Positions 50,136 through 63,825 of a DNA stretch of 64,000 nucleotides are shown here, piece by piece (within the stretch, counting starts at the first letter, position 1; each line of letters opens with the position of its first letter). Made by a program: the position numbers and the translations under genes. The notes under the pieces were generated by a model. That model was given only the letters and a program-made list of their open reading frames with translations, was not told the DNA's origin and made no database searches. This DNA comes from Bugula neritina (Eukaryota > Animalia > Bryozoa): NCBI GenBank assembly GCA_964035545.1, contig OZ037765.1:5156698-5220697 (forward strand). Direction: 5' to 3'.

Positions 50136-51149
50136 ATCTAAAGGCTGGACTGACTTGAGAAAATTGGTAATTAAACTCTATATAAATTTCAACAACAGAA
50201 GTAATTACTTTTAACTAAAATAGTGGGTAAGATTTTAATCTTTCCCTAGTCAGATGACAAACTCCCTAAGCATTTAAATATCTCTATACAACTATACACA
50301 TAGAGATATGTACTCCTTTTTGTAGTCGAATGGCAAATTGGCTAAAAGTTTTTCTTTGAAATATAAAACTACTTCACAACTATGCATAGCACTTTGGTCA
50401 AAACAAAAACATACACAGTTGATAGCATAAAGAACAATAACTAAGTAATGGATATTCTTTGTTTACTTCATTGAGATACATTGGCCCTTCACAAGATCCA
50501 GAAAGTTAGTTGTTACACAAAGTCTAAAAGCTAAGCTGCACTAATATTCAAATAATATGACTGCGTAATCACATTATATGAATACAGCAACAAATGTAAT
50601 CCTTTGTGAAACAGAAAGTAACTGAGTGATAAATTCTACACGCTATAAACATATTTATCCTTTCAGCACCACGATACCTCCTAAGTATTTATTATTTGAA
50701 TTAGCTATCTAAAAATAAAAAGACATTCTTCTATGGGTTAAGTACATTGACACCTGTTTACATAATATTACATTCATAATTTCATTCTGTTTATTCTAAA
50801 TATAGAGTATTTGTTTGATAAGTTAAGACAACCTTCCATACTAATTTTATTTACAACTCATGTTGTGAAAAGAAAAACTGGTATGCTTGTAAAGCTATTA
50901 GGGAAATGTATAAACATTGTTTATTCCCATCAGGTGTTCTAAGATAGCTACAATAACTGCATATAAAGCTCCAAAATACCAGGTAATTTCTGCAAAACAT
51001 AGAAGAGTTAGGGCTATTGAAATAACTTAGAGAGGCAACTTCATACTGAAAATTTAACACTGCGAGGTACTAATTTAAAAACTCATGCCAGTTTCTAGCC
51101 ACTATCCCTGTGAGAAAACCTAGATAGAGAGGGTTTTTGTTAAAGCAGC

Positions 51150-51280
51150 CTAAGGACTTATTTATATGTGACACAGAAGCAATTATGACTGGATGCTCTT
51201 CTTAACATCACCAATAGCCTTTTTCAGGGCATGACCTTGTGTTTATGAAGTAAACACTCTAACCGCTAGACTACGGCTGT
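51150..51280 (-). mobile_element. tRNA-derived SINE (family 2), diverged
   Basis: Reverse complement of 27625-27765 (caattatgactggatgctctt...aaacactctaacc). Confidence 0.55.
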
Positions 51281-53255
51281 TCCAACTGCAAGGTACTACT
51301 TTAGCATCATAAAAATTTAAAAGAAATGTTAATTTAAAAACAACCCAGGTGATGAACAGACAAACCCTATCTTCCTACTGGTGAGTTTATTTCTTCCAAA
51401 CTGCAATCAATCTGCAGTTGCAGATAAAATTCAACAAACCAAACTAAAAAAGTCAAAAGAAGTCGATAGAAAATTTAAGCTATTATTGTGCATTTACCTT
51501 ACAACACCATTGATGTGAAAACACCTACACAAGTAACTTTTAAAAACTTCCTTCAACTAGTTCAACATAAGGGAGGTACACCTTCAGGTGACGGGTTAAA
51601 TTTTTTAGACTCTCACATTATGTATTAATTTAACTTTACTTTCAACTTACTAATTTACTGAAAGTTTCGATTCAACCTAATCGGAGATGAGACAGTACTA
51701 TTTTATTGTTTTCTGGATGTTAATTGGCCATTTGTGAACGTGATAATTTTAAATAACGCTCTAAAATATTATTCAATAAACTTAAAGATATCATAATCAG
51801 TATGGCAAAATTATGTTTATAATCTATCTATTATGGAAATATGCATTTTTTTTAGTTAAATGGCTAAATTATTTTTAGAAATGTGATTTAATTTAGGCTA
51901 AATCATACCAATAATTTTGAATAAACTAAGCAATAGCTTTGGCTATTTGTTCCAAGTGAATGACAATTATTCCAAGCATTCTTGGCTTGCAGATTAAACA
52001 GCCAAAAAAGTGTATGTAGAAAAACAGCAGCCAGCTATTTTTCCATCTTTTGCTATGGTTGTTTTCATTGTCAGTTTCTGAACAATTCAAGCTTTTTACA
52101 ATATTGCTTTAATGTAGAGCTATAAGCCTATAGCCCTTTTTACCAGCATTCACTATAGCACAGCTATCATGCTACCAACCTGTATAAAACCTGCATAAAC
52201 TCAGCATAAATCTCCATTACCTGCATGTACAAGCTCTGGGGAGGAGGAGGGAGGGAGGGATATCTGCATGTATAAATACTGGGGAGAAGGAAAAGTATAA
52301 AAGGTCAGCCAAGAATTTAAAAGATCAACAAGAAGAACCTGATAAACCAACTCACAGCAACCTTTCACACACAGTCTACACTTTAGACTGAGAGAGAACT
52401 GATGGAACCAGGAGAAACGACTCCATAACTTCAAGAGACTTTTAGTAATAATTAATCAAAATCAAGGCATTCCTCCTACAACCATTCAACTGTAAGTATG
52501 CTTAAATTTTGTAAATTTAGAGTTATAAAAGTAATATTATATTAAATATATAAACACTAAACTATAAATATATAATTATCTATGATTTAATTAGATATCT
52601 GCTGAGAATAAAAACTTTGGTTGAACAGCAACTGTTGGTAGTGAATGAGTGCAGCAGTTTAGGGGTCTCCAGTTCTGGAGTTGGTGTAACATAACTCCAA
52701 ATGTAAGACCCTCAACCAAACTTCCTTTACTACCTACATTCTTTATTACGTAATCTACCTCTTGTTTGGGTTATAAAGTTTTGCCAATAATGAGAAGCCT
52801 GTTTATGAGGAAAATGCAGTTAATTCAGTAGTTGAATTCTTACAAGGAAAATTAGTTTGTAACTTCGAATGAGTTGTCTCCTCCATCTACTCAGACTCAA
52901 CATTCAGTTGCTATTTTCATATTTATTTGTTAATACTCAGATGTAAGAGTGCAGATGGTACTTAATTATCAGCAGTCAATAGTATAATGAAATAAACTAA
53001 TTTGAATACTGTCAAAGTTAAGAATAACATACTACTTATAGTTTAATAATACTTTATAGAGTTTTTTGCAAATGGATTCCATTACATAATGATTGTATTA
53101 GAGTTGTGTCCTCTTTTATTATTGTTGGTATTCCTAGTTTAGATATAAAGCTGTTGTAGCATCTAATAATCTATCACTATAAAGAAATATTTACTTAACA
53201 CAGACATATTGAATTTATTATCATTTTATTTAAAATGTAAAATGTGGTCCTTTAC

Positions 53256-54046
53256 AGGTACTTGGTGGATCAAAATAACAATCATTAACAGTTTAAATTT
53301 ATTTGTTTAAACTATTACACAATGAGTTATGTAATAATTATATATCTGGGAACATTAAACTAATTATATGCACTCATTCCACTCAAGCTTGGTTCCCTAA
53401 GCCATTGGAGAGAGCTAAAGCTATGCTGTAATATTTTTAGTTCATGATATTTTTTTCCATACTAGTTTTTAACTAAAGTAGTGAAATTCTTCTATGTTTC
53501 AGATCTCTCTATACATAAACTGACAGCTGATATTAAAAATTAATCTGCTTAAACTGAGTAACACTGTAAGGAAGAGAGCCAAAGAATTTACAACTCGCAT
53601 ACATACTGATTTCTTAGCGTGGTTGACGAGTTTGTGAGAGAAGGAGAGAGACCTAGACGCCGGGCAATCTCTCTCCACAGCTTTCTTCTAATAACCTCAA
53701 CCATACCTCTTCTGACTATAACCAGTGTGTACAGTCTGTATAAATCCAGTATTTTTCCATCCATTATGGGTGATCTGAGCATCGGGGTCCCTGAATGTAT
53801 AAAATAACATTAAATTTACTGGTCAACATCTAACACCTAGACACACTTTGTCGTAGCAGGAAATGTTAGCCATTTTTAAAAATTTCTGAGCTTTTCGTAC
53901 AGTGCTATGGTACATCAGGATCGAGCGGGTCGGGCTCCTATTGAACAGAGAAACATTCGACTCAATTTATTGAAGTGTCAAAGATCCTACTCAATAGCGC
54001 CTTTTGAGAAATTCAGCCCGGACACATTAAAATAGCTGACATTTTG
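53256..54046 (-). pseudogene. ARID fragment C: inverted near-identical duplicate of copy B 46773-47563
   Basis: Intron and exon align with B; the exon-5 acceptor AG is mutated to TG and the exon is truncated. Confidence 0.85.
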
Positions 54047-54339
54047 AGGAGTTGAGGAGTTTGTGAGAGAGAGATCTAGAAGCCTGGCTATTTCCATCCA
54101 CAACTTTTTTTTTATTACTTCAACTACGCCTTTTCTGGCAATCACTAGTTTGTACAGTCTGTATACATCTAGTAATTTACCATTCATTATGGGTGCTCTG
54201 AGCATCGGGGTCCCTGAATGTATATCAGGCTTTCCCTCTCTCTCCACTGCTTTTGTTTTATCACCTCAACTATGCCTTTTCTGGCTATAATTACTAGAGT
54301 GCACAGTCTGTATACATCTAATGTTTTTCCATTCATGAT
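54047..54339 (-). pseudogene. Two further degenerate ARID exon-4 fragments (D, E) in tandem
   Basis: D: GTPMLRAPIMNGKLLDVYRLYKLVIARKGVVEVIKKKLWMEIARLLDL; E: IMNGKTLDVYRLCTLVIIARKGIVEVIKQKQWRE. Confidence 0.8.
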
Positions 54340-54664
54340 CTAATATATAAGTCTAGTGATTCTACCTGCATGTATAAACACTGGAGGAAGGGAAGATAGA
54401 CAGAGCAGCTAATTGAATTTAAAACATTAACAAGAAGAACCTGCATGAATCAACCTGAAGCATTCTTTCACACAGTCTACAGTCTGAACTGACATGCTGG
54501 AGCCAGAGAAAACAACTCCATAACTTTCAAAGGCTTCTAGTAATATTGAATCAAAACCTAAAAATGAATTTCAGTCTTTAAAAGAAGAGGATCTCTTTGA
54601 GAAGTTTTAAATTGATAATAATTTAATGAGTATATTTGTAATTTGTAGTCCTAAAACCCCTCAC

Positions 54665-55468
54665 CTGATCTATATCAAAGCTTTTAGATGGCATGTTACT
54701 GCAGCTGAGTTGGTGAATCAACTTCTTGTCATGTCATTAACTTTCATCATGATTGTTATTTGTATTGTTCCCATAAAAAAGTCTGTAGGAATTTAGTGTT
54801 GCTGGCCACATTGACTGGTTAAAAATGCTACTACACTGCTGTTGAATGTCTACATTAGAATCTGGTCCAATATTTCCAGTCATTAAAAGAAGATTAATAG
54901 TTGGTGAGGATGGTAGTGTGTCCGCAGAGCTTGAAGTTGAAGGTATGTATAACAGCTGAAAATAACACACAGTACTCTATAGTCTATATAGTAATGTGTT
55001 CAGAACTATAGTGTGCAGTAATAGCTGTATTATACGTAAAGTGATGTAATAAATTATTCTGTAGTTTTAAAGCCACATGTAAATATATTGATATTTTATC
55101 ATTATTATATGAACTAACAACTTGAGATTTAATGTTTACAACCAAACAACAAAATTTTCGTTACACTTTTGCATTATTAATAATATTGGAAATAAGTTCA
55201 GCTAGATACTATAATAATTAAACTAAAATATATAAAGCCAACAGTCAGGGACACCAGCTGTTCTTGATTTAAAATTGAAAGCCAAATTATGAATCACTAG
55301 CATTCTAAAAAAAGTAATGTTCGTTATTATTATAAAATTGATGAAACATATTATTATGCACACTTTACTTTCACTAAAGTTATAAATTGATAATAATGTG
55401 ATGATTATATTTGTAATATCACTTCTGAAACCCCTCACCTGATCTATATCAAAGCTTTTAGATGGCAT
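54665..55468 (-). pseudogene. ARID exon-1 homologs (55468-55439 and 54694-54665) and a truncated exon-2 homolog (54956-54737)
   Basis: MPSKSFDIDQ|gtgagg occurs twice (cf. copy A MTSGFQVNQ|gtaagg, with matching upstream gttggt.aat.aacttcttgtca); LLYIPSTSSS...PSSPT...DSN...QSMWP...NNNH aligns with copy A exon 2. Confidence 0.75.
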
Positions 55469-55495
55469 GGCTACTATTACTTCTAGGAAATTACT

Positions 55496-55860
55496 GTGGC
55501 TCAGTTGGTATACGTAAATGAAGCTATTACTTTCGTTGCTACAGGAAATCCTCACTTAGAATCATTCGTATTGAGATACGATGAAACGTATGCAAGTGGG
55601 TGTGAAAGATCTAATGACAAGTGGGTGGGTGTTAGCAGCCAAGTTATTGGAATAGAAGTATCTGATGGGTTTACTGAGCAATGTGCTGCAGTTGGTGATG
55701 TAAACGGCTTTAACATTACTCTTCAAGTTGCTCTATCCAACAACCTAGTTACTGGAACTTTTGACTGCATGGGATTTAAAAAGGGAAAATTGGAGAAGTT
55801 TTGTCTCCTACAAAGTTTGAACTTCCAGTTGTTCAAGGTTTGTTTAATGACAAAATAGCT
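55496..55860 (+). pseudogene. Orphan duplicate of Ig-gene exon 5
   Basis: Near-identical to 60305-60660 (YASGCERSNDKWVGVSSQVIGIEVSDG); 5'-truncated, with a small deletion and a frameshift near the end. Confidence 0.8.
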
Positions 55861-57916
55861 AATTTAATCTTACATGAAAATACACTTCCGAGGTGTTTTT
55901 TTCATTTATGAGTATTTTTTATTTAGCCTACTGTTGCGTGTTCAGTTTGGTCAGCTATACGAGTGCAATATCTTTTTCAAAGTCAGATCAAAAATATGCT
56001 TAACAGAAAATGAAAACATGGTTTAAAAGCAGCTGTATTATAGTTACAGAAATCCCATAATTTTTGTCTGTTTGTGTTCTTTGCTACTTGATTTAGCTTA
56101 AGCTTTCTTAAATCTATTATTACTATGTAAGTGATTAATGCCGTAATATAACTCATTGGTTCATAGTAATAACCACACCAACAGGATTGTCTGTAGGAAA
56201 CTGTAACACTCCTTCATGAGATTTATGACTTTCTTGTAGTTGATGGCCACTAGCCATTCTTCTTGGTAGTAGACTCTGATCCCGACTGAGAGAGTGCTTG
56301 CTGAGAGGGTGTATAGAATAGACGTCCCTGGCTCTGGTAGTGGAAATATCTGCGGAAAAGCAGCCAAGTTCTGTTGTCAACTTTCAGCAGAAAAACTTCT
56401 TCAGAGGTTCCCTGCAGTAAACCCTATACCATATAAAATAAGTAAAAGCGGAAGAAATTTTTAAGGATGGTAAATGAAAGAAATAATGTTGAAAGCTGCA
56501 TGTTGAACTGTCTTGGTCTTCATGTTTGCCATTCTGGTCACAACCACTTGTGCTCTTGTTGATTAGTTACACTTTTTATCCTCAAATTCATGCAAATATT
56601 TTTAGTATACCTAAAATAAATACAACTTAAAACTAACAGACAAAGCCATGGTGTATTATTATTTTCCATTGTTATGAATATTGTTGCCTAACTGCAAATT
56701 TTATTAAAACTAATGCAAAGTCTCCAAAGGTTCAATAAATCAATGCTTGGGAATGCCAACACTGTTGTTTATAATAGCCACAACCTTGTGTCACAATTAA
56801 TCAAGAAATAATTTATTTTCTTGTAAATATTTATTTCCACAATCTAAAATAGCTATAAAATTCCCTAAGTGGTTAGGATCAAATGAGATTAAAATAATTC
56901 CATAACGTAAATCAAGTTTAATAATGCAAGAAGTTGTCCATCCTGAAAATGTAATGCGTGTCAGGTGAATATAACTAAGAGACTCAAGATAAATTAAATA
57001 AATGCATAAACTGTGACACCCAAGTTTATTCTGAGAAACTCTGCTGTTTTTGGAAGGGAGTGATTTTGGTTGTTGAAATTTGTAAAAGCTGATTTTGGGA
57101 GCCACCCAATTATAAAAAAAGGATTAGAAACTACAAACTGAGTCAAAAATAAATTATTTTTGTCAGAATAAATTGAAGGATTACGGAGTTGAAGAGAAAG
57201 CAATCAGAAACTAATGTGACCAGATGAAGTACTTATATTACAGCAATTCAGGTTTATCAGATACATTTGCTTTGTAGTTACTCATTGAGTATAATACTAT
57301 TTCATATAGAAACATATGTATATATAGTATATATGCAGCACAATGTAGTGTATCAGGTATACCACTACTCTTCTATAATGATTCGGTTTTAAGTATATAT
57401 ATAGCTCTACTTCGCAGTTCCCAGCAGACTAAATAATTGTAACTTGAGTTAATAAAAATTTCAAAGTATTTCATATTGGCATTTTATAACATATAACCAA
57501 ACTGTGTTTCAATTGGTTTGTTTGCAAATTTATAACTGAAATTAGTTTGAATTTTACAGATTCAATATTTTAAGTTTCATTATTGTTTCAATTAATTATT
57601 TCATGTCATAAACAAAATTCTAAAATATGTGTGGAAAGTATATAACTAGCATTTAACAATGCAAAATTCTAGTGTGAAATAAAATCATTGTTTATAAATA
57701 ACTTACAATAAAGACAACAATATAGCATTGTTAAATAGTTTTGAAAATTTCAATTCCAGTTTCGTAAATTGTCAGCACGGAATACAAAAAAGTTTGATAA
57801 ACATTATATAATATGATGTTTCACTAAATATTAAGGAGGTACAATACTTCAGGGCACTTGAGACTAGAAACTCTTTTATTACTAAATACTGGCTGGACCT
57901 TTAACTACTCTTCATT

Positions 57917-60900
57917 ATGCTATTCCATCTCAGTTATCTGATATATTTCTTCACTTGTCTCTCTGGTATGTATAATATACATATGTGTATTATTTTGCAT
58001 ATGTATGTATTATACCTAATTCAAATTGCCATATAACATGTTGCGTATTGATATTACTTGTTATAATATGGATACTAAGATACATCAATTCCAAGTGTAA
58101 ATTGTTAATGTTAACATACATGAAACTAGCTAAGTATGGCATATATCTTTTGACTAACATTCTATTGCTTCTACTCAGCATAGAGTTTATCTTTCTGAGT
58201 GTGTTAGACCTTTGAGTCATTTGTAGGAACTTCATGGAAACATAGACAATTGAATAATTTAGTTGTTAAAAAAATCAGGAAATAATTTCTCACTTGTTAG
58301 GTATGCTATAATTGATGATTTTTGAAAGTATGTCAGCACTGAATTTTTATTAATTCACCCTAAAAATAAATAACTGCAACAGAAAAAGGCTATATATATA
58401 ATATAGTAATTTGTTAGAAAAGGAAACTAAAATGTAGATCATATATAAGTAGTATCCAACAAATTGATGACCCCATAATATTATTTTTATGTTTAGCTCA
58501 ACCGTCTACAAAAATAGGATACAGCGTTACAGGCTTAGCAGCGAGATTGTATAAAGATCAGAAAGTCACTTTCACCTGCTATGCATCTAATTATGCTAAC
58601 CTGAGAAGCTTACAGCTACGGTATGACTCAGATAGTGTAGGAACAGGATACAGAAGTGGATGCCATTTAAGTTCTAGAAATGGAGCAGTGTGGGAGAGTT
58701 CTCTACCTCCACAGATTATTACTGCTCCTGGAATTGAAGGACCAAGAGTTAGCGATGAATACTGTAGCTCAGTTGGCAGAACTGAAGGTTTTAATCTGTC
58801 CGTACAGCTTACTATAACTAAGTCAACGATTGGAGGAAAGTTTTACTGCAGAGGATTTGAAGGAGGAGGTGTGGGGGTATTGAAGTCTCGAGAAATACTT
58901 GAAGGAATAAAGGGTAAGTGTTTTGACTCTAGTTAAAACTAACATTGTGTTATCAAAAACATATTTTAAATGATGCACTATGCAAACCTTCTAACCATTA
59001 AAAATTAGATTTTTACGTTATTGTATTATGAAACTATAACATAAGCTTTTACTATAAGTTATATTAGTTTTTATTTGATAATTTTATTAGGATTATGTTA
59101 GTAGGTGTATAGAAACATTGCTTCATAGGTCTCATTAATTGAGGTCGCAGTGTAATAGCACGTGTAGATGTTAGCATATGTATCTTGGTAAAACAAATGA
59201 TTCTATTTTTCAAATTATGCCATGCTTGAAAATAGTATTGATAAAAGCAGACTTTATAAATGAAAGCATATACTCAAATGTAGGAGGTGTAGTGGATACG
59301 TCTCATCAACAGATCAAACTCAATTGGCTAACTCCATAAATATACCCACATAGGTACCTGATATACAGTTCTTATTAAACTTTCCTTTTGCATTATAAAA
59401 TAATTTTAAATTGCCAAATAACAAAGTTTCTACAAAAACTGATATCACTAATTTTGGTCAAACTAAATTATCAAACAAGGCAATTGAGTTTTTTGGCTCT
59501 GACTAAAAATAAACTTTTAATAAAGTAAGCTTTTCAAAATTAAAAACACAAATATCTAAAATATTTTTAATGAACTTAAGATCTTTGTGTTTCAGTTGCT
59601 CCCAGCAATATCTCTCTGATTGCCCCTAAATACTTTGGTGTGGGTGAGGAGTTGACCTTCAGCTGTAGTTCTACTGGTGCAAAACCTGTGTCAACATATG
59701 AATATAGTAAGTTTTATATACATACATATTCTATTTTTGGAATTCTTAGTGTTGTGGAATATACATGCATGTTGCATGTTGGAACCATATCTTGCATTTG
59801 CTGATTTAACTAACACAATCAAGAAAATCAGAACAAAGGACATTAAAAAAATAATTTAGTATTCAAACCAAAGTACGTGTAGGTAAATTTACTGATGATG
59901 ATCATTCATTTCAGAAGTAAATGGGGATGTGGTGCCTGCTCCCCGTTACACTCCTGGAGAAAATGAAACAACGTTAAATGTGTCATGTAGAGATGTTGAA
60001 CACTCCTTCTGGTTTGGAGGAAATACATTTATGGCTTTTGATATACAGCCAAGAGGTAAGTTGGAAATTTGGAATAAGTTGTTAATGTGTATAATTTCAG
60101 GTGCTCTGCATGCTGTGAGCAGTACAGCATGCAGTTTAATATTGCTAATTACTTATAAAACTCGGTTGCTTCGAGTGTATATGCTAAAAATAGAAACCAA
60201 GTGATAATTTTTTGCCATGCTAAGAACCATTTCAGAACTGCTTTATCATATTTCACAGCTCCGTTAACTGTACAGATTGCCTACACAGCTCCAAGCTTGC
60301 CTGATGTATACGTGAATGAAACTATTACCTTCCGTTGCACATCTACAGGATTTCCTAACTTAAAATCATTAGTATTGAGATACAATGAAACGTATGCAAG
60401 TGGGTGTGAAAGATCTAATGACAAGTGGGTGGGTGTTAGCAGCCAAGTTATTGGAATAGAAGTATCTGATGGGCTTACTGAGCAATGTGCTGCAGTTGGT
60501 GATGTGAATGGCTTTAACATTACTCTTGAAGTTACTCTATCCAACAACCTAGTTACTGGAACTTTTGACTGCATGGGATTTGAAAAGGGAAAAATTGGAA
60601 AAGTTGTGTCTCCTACAAAGTTTGAGCTTCCAGTTGTTAAAGGTTTGTTTGTTAAGTGACAAAATAGTTTACTTAATCCTATGCAAGAAAACGCATTTCC
60701 AATTTAATTTATATGAATACATTTTAGTTACTGCTATATAGGTGTATATTTTTATCAACTATACATGCAATATCTTTTTTCAAGCAATATTTTTTTCAAA
60801 CAATACATAGCTGACTATGATCTATAAAGCCATACAGGCAAGCTAATTTTGAAGCTGTAAGAAAATTAAATTATAATTTGGCATAAGCTATAATCTAAAA

Positions 60901-63825
60901 ACTATGATCAACACATTCCAGCATTTATATAATGAGTTATAAAAACAAAATACTAAATGACACATTAGGCTCTTGTACTTTTTTAATAGTTGCCCAATTT
61001 AATTCACCTACCACGATTCCTTAGGTATGAAGCTACGTGCATGCCAGATGTTTATAATTTCTTGTATTAATAAAATGAATAAATTTTATCAAAACACTAT
61101 TATGGCAGATTTTTCTGCATTAAGCTGTGTATTATTTTGCCTTTTTTTCAAACAATTAAACCATGCTTCAATAGTTGTTTAAATAGAACCATCTCCACTG
61201 CGATTGCAAACAATAAAACATACTCTTAATGTTTATCTGTTCAACAATGCATTATTGATAACTGAAAAAAAATACATCATTAGGTTTCAAGGTATTTAAC
61301 TTTATTCTCAAAATTTGTTTAGGCTCTGCCTAACTCTGTAGGATTTATTTTTGTGCATTACAGTGGCTCCTGAGAGTTTGATTCTTGACGTATCTGATGC
61401 AGTAGAAGGTGAAGTTTTTAACTTCAGCTGTGAATCCATAGGTGCTAACCCTATCTCAGTATACGAGTATGGTAAGTAGACGGTTTATGACATCTACTAA
61501 TCAAACATGCATATTATAATTTGTTAAAAGTTTTTTTTCAACATCCCTTTAAGCACACTATATTTTAACCACTCGTCCTAACGTTGTATATTTGCGTTTC
61601 TTGCTTTTCCACGGGTTTTTGCATTTTGAATTGGCGAGCGAAAATCCTAGTAGTGCTTTTTAAACTATATATGAGAGTGGCAATAAAGCTCAATGAAATC
61701 TTTTGTATCCAATATTACTATGCTAAACACTGTTTGCTTTTTATGTTATCTCTTATTAATTGATACAACGTGATTTCAGAAGTAAATAACCAGTCAGTCT
61801 CTCAGTCTAACTTCACTCCTGAGACAACAGACAGAGATGGAATGACAATATCATGTAGAGATATCATTCATATAAACTGGGAAAATGGAAATACTGAAAC
61901 TTCAGTCTTTCTAAAGCCGATATGTAAGTCTATATGTTAAGACTGACTTATAAATTACACACAGCAAACATAAAAGTGTTAAATTTAACACTATTTTTAT
62001 GCTTGTAATGTCTAAAATCACTATAACTCAAGTGATAGCACAGTTCAAACAGTTTGCAAATTCTCAACAGCTAATATTCGTAGCATATAAACAGCGAATT
62101 AAAAACTAGGTTACCTTTATATATATCATGTCATCAATCAGTATTTTAGTTAACATTAACATAATATATTATACACTGTGTTTGAGTTTGCTGTGTGTAA
62201 CTTACTAATATAAGTCAGTTTAAACATATATCTATTTACATTTAGTAACCTTTAAGTAACATTTAAGTATCCCATTAGAACTGTTAATACTTTTCATGTT
62301 TAGGTTGCATACATGTATAGACAAAAATAGGTCATATGATATATTTATCAAAGCGAGTGGATACACACTTGTAACATACAATATTTCATCCACACTCAAA
62401 ATATATTTCTCTAACCACCATATAATGTCAACTTTTTATCATGTTTATAGACATTGATGTAAAAGCAGAAGTAAAACAACCAATTACACTGCAAGCAATG
62501 GCAGGAGATGACGGTGTAGAGCTAGACTGTGCTCTACATATTACAGGAAACCCAGAACCATTTATATTCTCCTGGGTAAGAAAAGGAGTTGAACAATCTG
62601 AAGAGACAAATCGCAAGCTAAACTTGACTCCAGAGACAGCTGGCACTGAAGAAACAGTGATCTGTACTGCTGACAACATTTACTCTCTTGGTTAGTTTTT
62701 TAAAGTATAATATTGCTGAGAATAGGACTGATAACTTCTGAATTTTTGATTAAAGTCACAATTAATATGTATCATCCATCTTGTTCAAAACCTTAAATCA
62801 TGTTTACTTGAGGCATAAGCAACAGTGTAATAAAGTAAAATTTATAGATTGTATATATTTGTGTAGAAACAATAATTCAAATTTTTAAGTAAGAGTGTAT
62901 GTTTAAAGTTTTACAAGAAAATATGATAACATACAAGCTGTTAGATTATGTACTTAACTTATCTCACTGTAGGAAAGAATGTGACTGTAACATGGCATGT
63001 AGAATGGAAAGACACAACAACTGTAGCAGGTGAGAGACTTATAATTCTTACAGTTTCTTCACAAACTTTTATCTAATGGAAAGGAAAGGTTACATCAAGT
63101 ATTTCCTACAACTGTAATAGAGAAAATATGCTAATATATACAAGCTGTTAGATGTTAAATAATCTCACTACAGGAAAGGATGTGACTGTAACACGGCATG
63201 TAGGAGGGAAGGACACAACTGTAGCAGGTGAGAGACTTGTAATCCTTACAGTTTATTTGCATACATTTCTCTAAAAAAAATTTTAAAATTTAAAGTGTTT
63301 TTCCTACTAGCAAGCAGTATTGTAATAGAGACATCATTATGTGGCCTGAAACCAAGTTGCTTTTCATCATTACGTACGACCTGTATTTAGCAGCATATAT
63401 GTTTTCTTTATGTAATATTATTTACTTTTAATTTTTAATATTTAAAAATAGCCATAACATGATATATCAAACAGACTAAAAGACTTTCTATTTTACTGTA
63501 GATGCTACTGCATAAATTTACATATGATGTCCACAAAGTAAAATACTCAGCCACGAGTACCTTTGAATATAATTACAGTTCCTTTAAATTATAAATAACA
63601 TACGAATTTCCCCAAATATTAAAAAGATATTGCGTTACATTATATATACCTGCTTTTTTCAACTTTGCAGGAAAAAGTTCAATTTCAATTAACTCAATCA
63701 ATTCAATTAATGTATCAACAACAATCAAGGAGCAAACTGATTCTGTGGCGGAGTCTCAAAGCAACCTGATGGCAAGCTACAGTTTATCAGCTATCATTAT
63801 CTCATTCATTTGGAACTATGTTTGA
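57917..63825 (+). CDS. Immunoglobulin-superfamily cell-surface protein, ~5 Ig-like domains, probably GPI-anchored
   Basis: Signal-peptide exon MLFHLSYLIYFFTCLS (57917-57965); phase-1 exons 58497-58913, 59596-59706, 59914-60055, 60259-60642, 61364-61471, 61780-61923, 62451-62690, 62973-63029 and/or 63174-63227; last exon 63671-63825 ends ASYSLSAIIISFIWNYV*; AATAAA at ~63907. Confidence 0.8.

Noticed and set aside
56153-56412. Exon-like GC-richer segment on the minus strand with an AG acceptor
   Set aside because: All frames from the acceptor hit stops and no homology was recognised; left unannotated.
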